The notes under the pieces are model-generated. The model was not told the DNA's origin and made no database searches. It worked only from the letters and a program-made list of their open reading frames with translations. From a virus, in the IMG/VR virus record IMGVR_UViG_3300014050_000004, positions 32,001-96,000 of that record: 64,000 nucleotides of DNA; one strand, given 5' to 3'. Each line of letters starts with the position of its first letter. Position 1 is the stretch's first letter. The translations under genes and the position numbers were made by a program. This document shows positions 26,291 through 34,096 of this stretch, in pieces.

Positions 26291-27118
26291 ATGAAAGACA
26301 AAGGCAACAGCCAATCAGATGGGGGTGATTTTGATGGTTTGATCCTCTTAAGCAACGAAGTATACAAAACGGTATCCACTGTTGTCAACAACCCCACCCA
26401 TCAAATGCTAACAAGTAAAGAAAAACGCAAAGCTCGCAGATCCTCGGAAGACTACGTTCCTTCCTCAAGAGGGATGGACATCAACTCCTTCCTGCCAAGA
26501 ACGAGAAGGCAGAGCAATCTATGGGATACCATAGACAATAACACAGTGACCATAGCCATCGGATCTAGCGGTACAGGGAAGACTCTTGTTTCCCTGTGGT
26601 ATGCCCTTCACCACCTGAGCCTGGGGCACTTCAGAAACGTGTACTACATCAGGAGTGATGTGGGAGTGGCCCACCAGAGGGGTAGAGGAGCCTTGCCAGG
26701 CTCTATGGAAGAAAAGATGGCTCCTCTTGTTGCCCCCTTGATGGACAATCTGTCTATCATTATGAGGTCTAACGGGGCTGCCGAGTACCTGATGTCGAAA
26801 AAGGTGATTCAACCATTGTTGTTGGAAGACATTCGCGGCAGAAGCTTAAATGACTCCTTCATCATTTTCGATGAAGCTCAGAACTCCACAAAAGAGCAAA
26901 CTAAAGCTGTCCTAACTAGAACTGGAGAAAGATCTAAGATTGTAGTAACCGGTGACACTCGCCAGGTTGACTTGAACGTATTCAACCATGACTCTGGGTT
27001 GCTAGATGCTTATCACAGGTTGTCTCAGATCCCCGGTATTGGAACTCTTCAGTTTCTCCCAGAGGATATAGTTCGCAACGGCATCATAACGGATATCTTA
27101 AATGCTTACGAAAGCTGA
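26291..27118 (+). CDS. phoH: PhoH-family ATPase
   Basis: Walker A GSSGTGKT; MAPL, DIRGRSLNDSFIIFDEAQN, TRTGERSKIVVTGDTRQVD and DIVRNGI motifs. Confidence 0.93.
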   Translation: MKDKGNSQSDGGDFDGLILLSNEVYKTVSTVVNNPTHQMLTSKEKRKARRSSEDYVPSSRGMDINSFLPRTRRQSNLWDTIDNNTVTIAIGSSGTGKTLVSLWYALHHLSLGHFRNVYYIRSDVGVAHQRGRGALPGSMEEKMAPLVAPLMDNLSIIMRSNGAAEYLMSKKVIQPLLLEDIRGRSLNDSFIIFDEAQNSTKEQTKAVLTRTGERSKIVVTGDTRQVDLNVFNHDSGLLDAYHRLSQIPGIGTLQFLPEDIVRNGIITDILNAYES

Positions 27119-27122
27119 AATG

Positions 27123-27150
27123 AAAGGAGGGCTTACCACCCTCCTTTTTC
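27123..27150 (+). terminator. Rho-independent terminator (probably bidirectional)
   Basis: AAAGGAGGG-CTTACCA-CCCTCCTTT followed by TTC-TTT, between convergent genes. Confidence 0.8.
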
Positions 27151-27200
27151 TTTGCTACATGTGCCACCACTCGAGTAGTTCAGCTGCCGTTTGAATATGC

Positions 27201-27386
27201 TCAGAGCAGATGCTCTGCATAGTCGTCGAAACCGTTTTGTCCGCCACACCATTTATCGTATCTTTCTTTGCCAAGGACTTGTGACCTGTTCAAGTATGAG
27301 TCCGCTTTCGGGCTCGTGATTAAACAAGTTGTGCCATGGTCCTCGTACATCAACTTGGGCACTGTGTCTGTTTGGGAAATCGCCAT
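27201..27386 (-). CDS. Small hypothetical protein
   Basis: 61 aa; GGAG Shine-Dalgarno upstream; follows terL. Confidence 0.5.
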   Translation of the reverse strand: MAISQTDTVPKLMYEDHGTTCLITSPKADSYLNRSQVLGKERYDKWCGGQNGFDDYAEHLL

Positions 27387-27440
27387 TTTGCTCCGTTTAT
27401 TGAAAAATAACGAAACTTTTATGAAGGAGGTTCCATCTCC

Positions 27441-29144
27441 TTAGAATGATTCGTAACCCAGGGATCTGCGGCTTCTTGGGGAATACGACAATGAGCTAAA
27501 GTCCGGGTCGTTGAGGAAGGAATCCGAACCCAAGCCTCGCGTTCTCCGGCCTGAGACTGGAGAGGGTCTATTCAGAGTATAGCTTGACAGTGGCCTCCGG
27601 TAATCTCCGCTCTCTCCCTGAGGGAGCCCCCTGCCTGCCGAATCGATCTTGAGGGAGTAGTACATGAGAGACCAAACGCAAGCATCCACAGAGTCGTCGT
27701 GTCTCACATATGGGAAAGAAGTTAGTTCTTTGACAAACGCATCAGTCCATAAACCGCGAACAATCTTTACTCTTCCGCTTTCAAGAAGGGGGGACACAAC
27801 TTGCAACCTAACAGATTTGGATCTGTTGCCTGGCTTCATTTCCTCAATTGGAATGCGGGTCTCTCTCTTCAAAACTTGAATGAGCGATTGACCAGAAGCT
27901 GCTTTTTCTATACACAGAACCTTCGCCTTGTAGAAACTTTGTTGTTGCTTGACTCCTTCAAGAAGATCAGGGAAATCCCATCTCCCCTTCACTATGTCTC
28001 GGATGTAGACGGTCTCTGGTGACCTTTTGTTGATACCTGCGACACAAATCACACTCTCATCGGCCTGCTCTTCCTCAGAAAATGCGCAGTCAATTCCGAA
28101 CCAAATGAGATCGAGTTCTGGGCATTCTTCCTCTTCTATGACATCAATCCAAGAGTTTTTAACAATCTGGCCTTCAGCAGCTACAGGAACACCCTGATAC
28201 AAGGCTGCAAATTTGAAGGATCCCATGATCTTCTTCTGGGATTCTAGCATAGGGACCGAGAAAGTCGGGTTGCTTGGCCAATGCGACTCTCCGATCTTTC
28301 TGCCCAGCGGATCATTCCCAGGGTCTTCGCACAACCCTGCAATGTTGATCCACCTCCAACCAAAGGGGTTGGATTCCTCGTCGTAGAGACCATCCTTCTC
28401 CATAAGGATACCGTGAAGGTCCTTTTCGTGGAAACGGGTGGCAATAACCATCTGGCAATAGTGGTTCGTCCTTCTCGTAGAGGCCTGTTCTTGCCACCAG
28501 CTTTCCAAGTTGTCTAATGCCTGTTTGGAGTCTGAAGATTTCAAAGGGTCATCGATAATCATGGCCCCAACTCCCGGAGATTCCATGTCTGTGGTGCCTG
28601 CAGTGAATCCAGTGAGAACACCCCCAACCGAAGTAGCAAGGATGTATCCTCCACCTAACAAGTCGTATTTGGAATCCGGAGAGAAACCGGACCATTCCGG
28701 AAAGACCCTTTTGAACTCTTTAGACTTCATCATAGCCACAGATTCCCTGTGGAACTTACCGGACAAGGTGGCCCCGTAAGAAGCAACGATATGCTGAGTC
28801 CTTTCGTCTCTCCCAAGCAACCAAGCTAAGAACATCGAAGCAAGCATGGACTTGCCTGATCTAGGAGGGCAAGATACAATGAGTCTATTGTACCTTCTAT
28901 TTGCCACATCCTCAAAAGCTGAACCAATGATCTCATGGAAGTCTGCAACCTGGAGATCTCCGTTTTTCATGATATCAGAGAAAGCGAGGAAGCAATTCCT
29001 TGCTGCCTTGTATCTGTACTCCCGAACGATAGACTTCGGAGCTTCCATGATCATGAGCTCCCTGATTCCCCTCTGGTACTCTCTCCAAGAGGAAAACTCT
29101 TCAAGTTGGGAGGAGTGAGTTATGACGGGTCTGCTGAAATCCAT
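27441..29144 (-). CDS. terL: Terminase large subunit
   Basis: Walker A IVSCPPRSGKS, Walker B MIIDDP, coupling motif IATRFHEKD, nuclease motifs FGIDCAF and HDDSVDA. Confidence 0.95.
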   Translation of the reverse strand: MDFSRPVITHSSQLEEFSSWREYQRGIRELMIMEAPKSIVREYRYKAARNCFLAFSDIMKNGDLQVADFHEIIGSAFEDVANRRYNRLIVSCPPRSGKSMLASMFLAWLLGRDERTQHIVASYGATLSGKFHRESVAMMKSKEFKRVFPEWSGFSPDSKYDLLGGGYILATSVGGVLTGFTAGTTDMESPGVGAMIIDDPLKSSDSKQALDNLESWWQEQASTRRTNHYCQMVIATRFHEKDLHGILMEKDGLYDEESNPFGWRWINIAGLCEDPGNDPLGRKIGESHWPSNPTFSVPMLESQKKIMGSFKFAALYQGVPVAAEGQIVKNSWIDVIEEEECPELDLIWFGIDCAFSEEEQADESVICVAGINKRSPETVYIRDIVKGRWDFPDLLEGVKQQQSFYKAKVLCIEKAASGQSLIQVLKRETRIPIEEMKPGNRSKSVRLQVVSPLLESGRVKIVRGLWTDAFVKELTSFPYVRHDDSVDACVWSLMYYSLKIDSAGRGLPQGESGDYRRPLSSYTLNRPSPVSGRRTRGLGSDSFLNDPDFSSLSYSPRSRRSLGYESF

Positions 29145-29145
29145 T

Positions 29146-29427
29146 TCAAGAATTCTGGTCTAGCTTTTTGAGCAATTTTTCGACTGTCGGATTGTACTCC
29201 TTTGCTAGAGATTTCTCCTTCTCACTCTCAGGATCCGAGAGGCTTACTATATCGGCAACCAAGTCTCTGTGGGCCTTAACGGCAGAGTTAAAGACCGTAA
29301 CGAGGTCTCGGGTTCCGCACTCGCGGATTTGATCCTGCAAAAGTTCCAAGGAGTCCTCAGCAATCTGAAGAGCCTTCGTAGCCAGTTCCTCTTTCTGCTT
29401 GAGGATCTTTTCATTCGTTTCTTTCAT
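29146..29427 (-). CDS. Probable terminase small subunit
   Basis: 93-aa helical protein directly upstream of terL; call is positional. Confidence 0.5.
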   Translation of the reverse strand: MKETNEKILKQKEELATKALQIAEDSLELLQDQIRECGTRDLVTVFNSAVKAHRDLVADIVSLSDPESEKEKSLAKEYNPTVEKLLKKLDQNS

Positions 29428-29576
29428 CTCATTCTCCTGTTACAAGAGCTGCAACCTTGATAAGGATTGCCTATAGTTCGTATACTGTGAATTTGTTTCA
29501 ATATCTTGTTTGCAAGACTCGGGTCGTTGTTTCGAATTGCTTGGTGGTACAGATTCCAGAGTTCTTGGGGAGACAT
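29424..29576 (-). CDS. Small hypothetical protein (50 aa) with C-terminal CSSC
   Basis: Not in the ORF track. MSPQELWNLYHQAIRNNDPSLANKILKQIHSIRTIGNPYQGCSSCNRRMR; fills the gap exactly and overlaps the next start (ATGA). Confidence 0.6.
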   Translation of the reverse strand: MSPQELWNLYHQAIRNNDPSLANKILKQIHSIRTIGNPYQGCSSCNRRMR

Positions 29577-29579
29577 AGA

Positions 29580-30803
29580 TCAACACAAAGGGGTAGGACT
29601 GTCTCTTCCTTCGCAAGGCAAACAACCCAGCTTCCACAGGGAGTTTATGGAAACTTTCTCAAAAGAGTTGTCCATCAACCAACCTTTACCCTGAGGAGAT
29701 CTAACAACTAAGTAAAACCTCCCAGTCGGAGTTTGTATGAAAACATCCGTCTTAATTCCTATCAGTGTTCCTCCCATCAAACTGGATTTAGGGGAGGTGG
29801 GATTCATAGGATCCGTGTACAGATTCTGCAGTGCTCCTTGAACAACAGCGAATTCCCCTGACTGGAACCCTGAGGAGAAGGTGGAATCTAGAACACTTCC
29901 GGAATCGATTGTCCCTGTGAGTGCCCCCTTGACAGTGTTTCTCCAAAGTTCAAGGGCGTACTTCACAAGTTTCTTTCCAGTTGGGGAATATAGGACCTCT
30001 TTGATTGGAGTTTTGCAATCCCCTTGAAACATTGTCACAACAAGCTTGCCGTCCTCTGTGTAGCTGTTTGTGCTGAGTAGACAAATTGGTTGAGATAGAG
30101 GGTCTTCTGCGAAAATCTCTTCGGGGTCACAAACAAATACCCAATTCCCTGTTTGAGTGATTTCGTTGCTCCATTTAATTCCAGAAGGGCGAGTGAACTC
30201 CTCATCACCTTCTTCCGTCCCCGGATACCAAGGTACGTAAATGTCTCCGCTTGATTCTTCAACGACGCCCCCAAGGGGAAGAGAAGTTGCTAACTTGTGG
30301 CCGGGGAAGATCTCCCTACAATTCCCTCTCTGCACACATGGATCCAGGGCTATAAATGGCAAAACTTCCTCAATGACAACTGTGTAGTTCTGGGTGTATG
30401 TGTACTGGGATTGCTCTGTTATTCCAGCGAATTGGGAGGAGACACAGTGGAACGGTTCTAAAACTTGGACAAAGGACCCTGAAGGGGAACCTCCGGAAAT
30501 TGTTATTTCCGCCGCTGTAATGAGTTGAATTGCAAAGTCATGGCCGGAGCTTGACAGGTAGTTCTGACAAGAAAAGTTGAGCTCAAAGTAGAGAGTTTTC
30601 TCGTATATGAGAGGGTTCCTGTTTTTTAGTACCGAGGAAGAATTGGTGTATCTAACAACAATGTTGTTAGTTTGCTCCACGACTCCTTCGTTATCCGCTG
30701 CATCGGCAAGCCTTAAGACATTCACCCCGAGTGGAATCAGAGGAGACGCAATGAGGGCGTCACACAGGTACTGTTCAATTCTTGTGATTGTTGAGAGTTC
30801 CAA
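29580..30803 (-). CDS. Putative neck / tail-terminator protein with C-terminal extension
   Basis: N-terminal IEQYLCDALIA...IVVRYTNSS...YFELNFSCQNY...FAIQLI...ITISG pattern resembles tail-completion proteins; follows the DUF1320 gene. Confidence 0.45.
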   Translation of the reverse strand: MELSTITRIEQYLCDALIASPLIPLGVNVLRLADAADNEGVVEQTNNIVVRYTNSSSVLKNRNPLIYEKTLYFELNFSCQNYLSSSGHDFAIQLITAAEITISGGSPSGSFVQVLEPFHCVSSQFAGITEQSQYTYTQNYTVVIEEVLPFIALDPCVQRGNCREIFPGHKLATSLPLGGVVEESSGDIYVPWYPGTEEGDEEFTRPSGIKWSNEITQTGNWVFVCDPEEIFAEDPLSQPICLLSTNSYTEDGKLVVTMFQGDCKTPIKEVLYSPTGKKLVKYALELWRNTVKGALTGTIDSGSVLDSTFSSGFQSGEFAVVQGALQNLYTDPMNPTSPKSSLMGGTLIGIKTDVFIQTPTGRFYLVVRSPQGKGWLMDNSFEKVSINSLWKLGCLPCEGRDSPTPLC

Positions 30804-30809
30804 GTTTGT

Positions 30810-31868
30810 TTAGGGGTACGTAAGGTCAGATCCACCGAGATATGTGCCACCGGAGTCACTCGGGTAAGAGAGATCGAGAGCACCCCCGAGGTCTTCGAAG
30901 TTTCTGGGAGTAATCCAGTTGGGAAATTCGGAATTTTGTCCAACAGAACCGAATCCAACCCTGTAGTCAGGGGCTTGGTCTCCTCCCATATCTGTCACCC
31001 ACCCTGAAAAACCTTTGCCGGACATGGCATTGTACCTTTGAGGCACTCTCCACGTCCTCATGATGCCCTGTTTTGTATCGATAGCTGACAATCCGTGGCC
31101 CGCTCGGATCGCTGTCATTTGCCTTTCAGCATCAAGTTGCTTCAACGCTTCCACGTAGTCTTTGGAAACATCTTCCCTTCTTCGGATGGTATCCAAATAG
31201 TATCGAGCGATGATCAGAGCAGTTCTTCTGCGGCTGCTTGTTATCAAAACTTTCCCTGCCTTTCCCGACTGCTCAATGTACGAGTCGATGAGAGCATTAG
31301 CGTCCTCGATTGCCATACGCAGCTTGGCAACATTCACGCTCGTGGCACTTGCATCATCTATGTTCGTAAGTTGAATGGCTTCTTTCAGGCCGTAAGCAAG
31401 TATGAAATCATCCGGGGAAGCATTCTTCGGATCTGCAGATCTGTTCTGATACGGAAACCCGTATCCACCGATGGTTTCTCCGAGGTTAGAATTATTTCGA
31501 GTCCCGTCTGTGTCCTCGTTGGAGGCTAGAGAGTTGAGAACAGAAACCCTGTAGAAGGCTCTTACGGCGTTTCTTTTCTTTACCACGCTGTCAGATCCCG
31601 GGGGAACTGGCGCTCTCATACATATTTCAAGGTCTAGGGGAGGTTCATAGGTAACAAACACCTCATCAAGATGGGAGAGGCTGGTGTCCAGAACCAGAGA
31701 GACTATCGTATCTGAAGCGTAAGAGACTGAAGTGACCCCGTACTGTCCGTAATTGATCGTGAAGGAAGTAGATGGTACTGCCACCCTGTTGTCCAAAGGA
31801 GAGTCAAAATACAGTGACACTCCCGTGGGGGAAGCTAGCACTGCTTGTTTCATTCTTGGGACTGCCAT
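30810..31868 (-). CDS. Head-tail adaptor (Mu gp36/DUF1320-like) fused to an N-terminal Ig/SwmB-like domain
   Basis: GLKEAIQLTNID...LRMAIEDANALIDSYI...ALIIARYYL...DYVEALKQL. N-terminal LYFDSPLD...SFTIN...VSLVL...VFVTYEPP. Confidence 0.7.
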   Translation of the reverse strand: MAVPRMKQAVLASPTGVSLYFDSPLDNRVAVPSTSFTINYGQYGVTSVSYASDTIVSLVLDTSLSHLDEVFVTYEPPLDLEICMRAPVPPGSDSVVKKRNAVRAFYRVSVLNSLASNEDTDGTRNNSNLGETIGGYGFPYQNRSADPKNASPDDFILAYGLKEAIQLTNIDDASATSVNVAKLRMAIEDANALIDSYIEQSGKAGKVLITSSRRRTALIIARYYLDTIRRREDVSKDYVEALKQLDAERQMTAIRAGHGLSAIDTKQGIMRTWRVPQRYNAMSGKGFSGWVTDMGGDQAPDYRVGFGSVGQNSEFPNWITPRNFEDLGGALDLSYPSDSGGTYLGGSDLTYP

Positions 31869-31873
31869 AGGTC

Positions 31874-32284
31874 TTAATTCCTAACTAAATAGCTATCGTC
31901 GTCATTTGAAAGGGGAATGAAGGCTTCTGAAACCCAGAAAGCTCTAGCTTCATTTCTAACTCTTATAAGGTTCCCTTCTGAGGAAGGGTAGAGACAGTTC
32001 CCCATGTACTGGACGGCCAACCTCAAGGGCCACTCATCCCTCCAATTACATTCCCAGTTGTCTATAGTAATGAGTTTACCCTCAAGAGTGTAATCAATTC
32101 TAGAGACTATCTCTCCACCCTCATGGTCAACGGGGTAATCAAAAGTCTGTGAGACACTCTCATACCTCACATGGGAGTATTTGCCGAGAATATACCTTAA
32201 ACTGGTAGATCCCTCGTCAAGGTACAAGAAATCCTGGAATATAAAATTCCTATCTGAGTAAACACTCGGTCGTCGAATCGCCAT
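31874..32284 (-). CDS. Hypothetical protein (possible degenerate GNAT fold)
   Basis: 136 aa; ends EARAFWVSEAFIP, similar to the GNAT A..FW...GF motif. Confidence 0.45.
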   Translation of the reverse strand: MAIRRPSVYSDRNFIFQDFLYLDEGSTSLRYILGKYSHVRYESVSQTFDYPVDHEGGEIVSRIDYTLEGKLITIDNWECNWRDEWPLRLAVQYMGNCLYPSSEGNLIRVRNEARAFWVSEAFIPLSNDDDSYLVRN

Positions 32285-32642
32285 GGTTACAAGCTGCTAG
32301 TACTAAGAAACTTCCGCTCTGAGTTGAGATCCAGGTGGGAATATACTCCCTTCCGTCAACCTCAACTCTTTTCGTGCCGAGGACACCCTCAACGGACACA
32401 TCATTCTTGCAAGTTACAGGAACATCTATGGACAACCCTTCTGGAGTGAACAGCGATTTTCCTACCCTGATTGAAACTTGAGCGTTTATGTTCTTCGCAT
32501 ACAAAGATTGATAAACAGACAAGTCTTTAACAACTCCCAGGGAGTCATAAAAGACAGGTGCCAGAGGATTTGTAACGCTCTGGCCAAAACCAGGAGCATT
32601 TAGAAAACCTGGGTTGTAATCTTCCGTAAAAGTGATTGACAT
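32250..32642 (-). CDS. Beta-rich baseplate-associated hypothetical protein
   Basis: 130 aa directly downstream of the spike gene. Confidence 0.55.
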   Translation of the reverse strand: MSITFTEDYNPGFLNAPGFGQSVTNPLAPVFYDSLGVVKDLSVYQSLYAKNINAQVSIRVGKSLFTPEGLSIDVPVTCKNDVSVEGVLGTKRVEVDGREYIPTWISTQSGSFLVLAACNHGDSTTECLLR

Positions 32643-32643
32643 T

Positions 32644-33819
32644 CTACAATTTCAGTGCGCTTTTTATAGAAGGGTAGATGGTCTTTATTGTCCCTTCGAC
32701 GTTGGATAGAGATGATATAACAAACTGGGTTGCCGCAGGTATGTAAGAGTTGAGTGTTGACAGAGCTGCATTTGCCAAGGCATTGACTGGGTTGCTGGCG
32801 ACAGAGGAGGAACTTTGCAAGACCTGCTGAGCTGTTTCTATGGCTGTTTGCGCATTGGCAAATCCCGGTACTGTCTCCACGGCAGCTTGAATGCTCGGGG
32901 CATACGTAGAGATGAAGCCAGCCGGAATGTCGCTGATGAAGCCAGAGTTTCGGACGACAGATAGAGCTGAGTTCTGGTCCAAAAGAGGACCGGTAATGGG
33001 TGTTCTCCCTTGTATAGAAGACATGGGTGGTGGGTTCCAACTAGCGGCACTCCCCCAAGGGTTGCCAGCTGGTCCTGTGAAGTAACCCGAAGCTTTCTTC
33101 ATCTCTTGGTGGCTCGTTACAAAAACGTGATCGTAGCTGGCTCCTACGTATCCGGGGCTTGGTCTGTTTCCAGAGGAGTCAACTTGAGAGGTCACGTCAT
33201 TGCCGCCGGCATGTCCATGCGCCAAATCTGAGTGTCTGACCCAAATGTACTGATTGTTGCGGGACAAGCAAACACATACCCAATCGGAGTTCATTGGCCC
33301 ACCTTCCTCAATTACCATGCACCCAAGGTTTTCCTTGCAAGGAGGAGGCAAATTGCCTGCCTTGTACACCGGCAACCTTGTCATGGAGCTGTTGCTGGGG
33401 AACTCCAATGACTTTGCGGAGCTTTCGGTGAGTACCTGAGGGTCATACAACACGTCTTGCAAAATAGCGTACTGATATTGGCCATTTGAAAGAATCACAT
33501 TGACCCTCTTTCCAACCAATCCCTCTGGTTGTTTTCCTTTGAAAGAGGGGGAAACGTCAATCCAGTGGGAATAAGATTCCTCGCCCGTTCTGGAAAGAGA
33601 GAATTGCCCAGACCCTTCAAACTGGGGGATGTCCTTTGGGTTCATGGCGTCAAAGAGTACTCTGACTCTGCCTCTCTCCTGAGGATCGTTGACATCGACC
33701 ACGGTTGCTCTAACCGTCCCTCTTGCCACTCCCGGAAATCTGGCATTCAGGTTGTCTAGAGACTTCTGAGTCTCCGCCAACATGCGCACCAGCGGTATGT
33801 TTCTCAAGCTTCTTGCCAT
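32644..33819 (-). CDS. Baseplate central spike (gpV/gp5 OB-fold family)
   Basis: VRATVVDVNDPQERGRVRVLF...SHWID...P...RVNVIL.NGQ OB-fold; internal H-G-H motif. Confidence 0.75.
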   Translation of the reverse strand: MARSLRNIPLVRMLAETQKSLDNLNARFPGVARGTVRATVVDVNDPQERGRVRVLFDAMNPKDIPQFEGSGQFSLSRTGEESYSHWIDVSPSFKGKQPEGLVGKRVNVILSNGQYQYAILQDVLYDPQVLTESSAKSLEFPSNSSMTRLPVYKAGNLPPPCKENLGCMVIEEGGPMNSDWVCVCLSRNNQYIWVRHSDLAHGHAGGNDVTSQVDSSGNRPSPGYVGASYDHVFVTSHQEMKKASGYFTGPAGNPWGSAASWNPPPMSSIQGRTPITGPLLDQNSALSVVRNSGFISDIPAGFISTYAPSIQAAVETVPGFANAQTAIETAQQVLQSSSSVASNPVNALANAALSTLNSYIPAATQFVISSLSNVEGTIKTIYPSIKSALKL

Positions 33820-34064
33820 TACCTAACGAACCTTGGTATGTTTCTCGGTGTTCTCCTTTTGGGTTTGACCTTAGGTTGTCTTTTCTCAGTGATAACAGGT
33901 TCTGGGTCGGGGTCGGGGGCCGTCGGCTCTGGTGCAACAACTTCTGCAACCAATGGGATTGGTTCGCATACAGACTCAGGTTCCACCAAAGCCACATCCT
34001 CAGAAACTAAAGGAGTCTCAAAATTCCCGTCTTCCAGATTTTCCACTCTCCTTCTCCTTGGCAT
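33819..34064 (-). CDS. Disordered Pro/Glu-rich small protein with basic termini
   Basis: 81 aa, MPRRRR...KPKRRTPRNIPRFVR; GGGTAAA 26 nt upstream. Confidence 0.65.
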   Translation of the reverse strand: MPRRRRVENLEDGNFETPLVSEDVALVEPESVCEPIPLVAEVVAPEPTAPDPDPEPVITEKRQPKVKPKRRTPRNIPRFVR

Positions 34065-34089
34065 ATGCGATAGTAGCTAACTCCAAGAT

Positions 34090-34096
34090 TTTACCC
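34090..34096 (-). promoter_or_regulatory. GGGTAAA candidate late-promoter element
   Basis: Overlaps the upstream stop codon; 26 nt upstream of ATG 34064. Confidence 0.6.

Noticed and set aside
27136-27215. Overlapping 21-codon ORF MQSICSEHIQTAAELLEWWHM after 27201..27386, as a possible frameshift
   Set aside because: No slippery sequence and no independent support; too short to judge.
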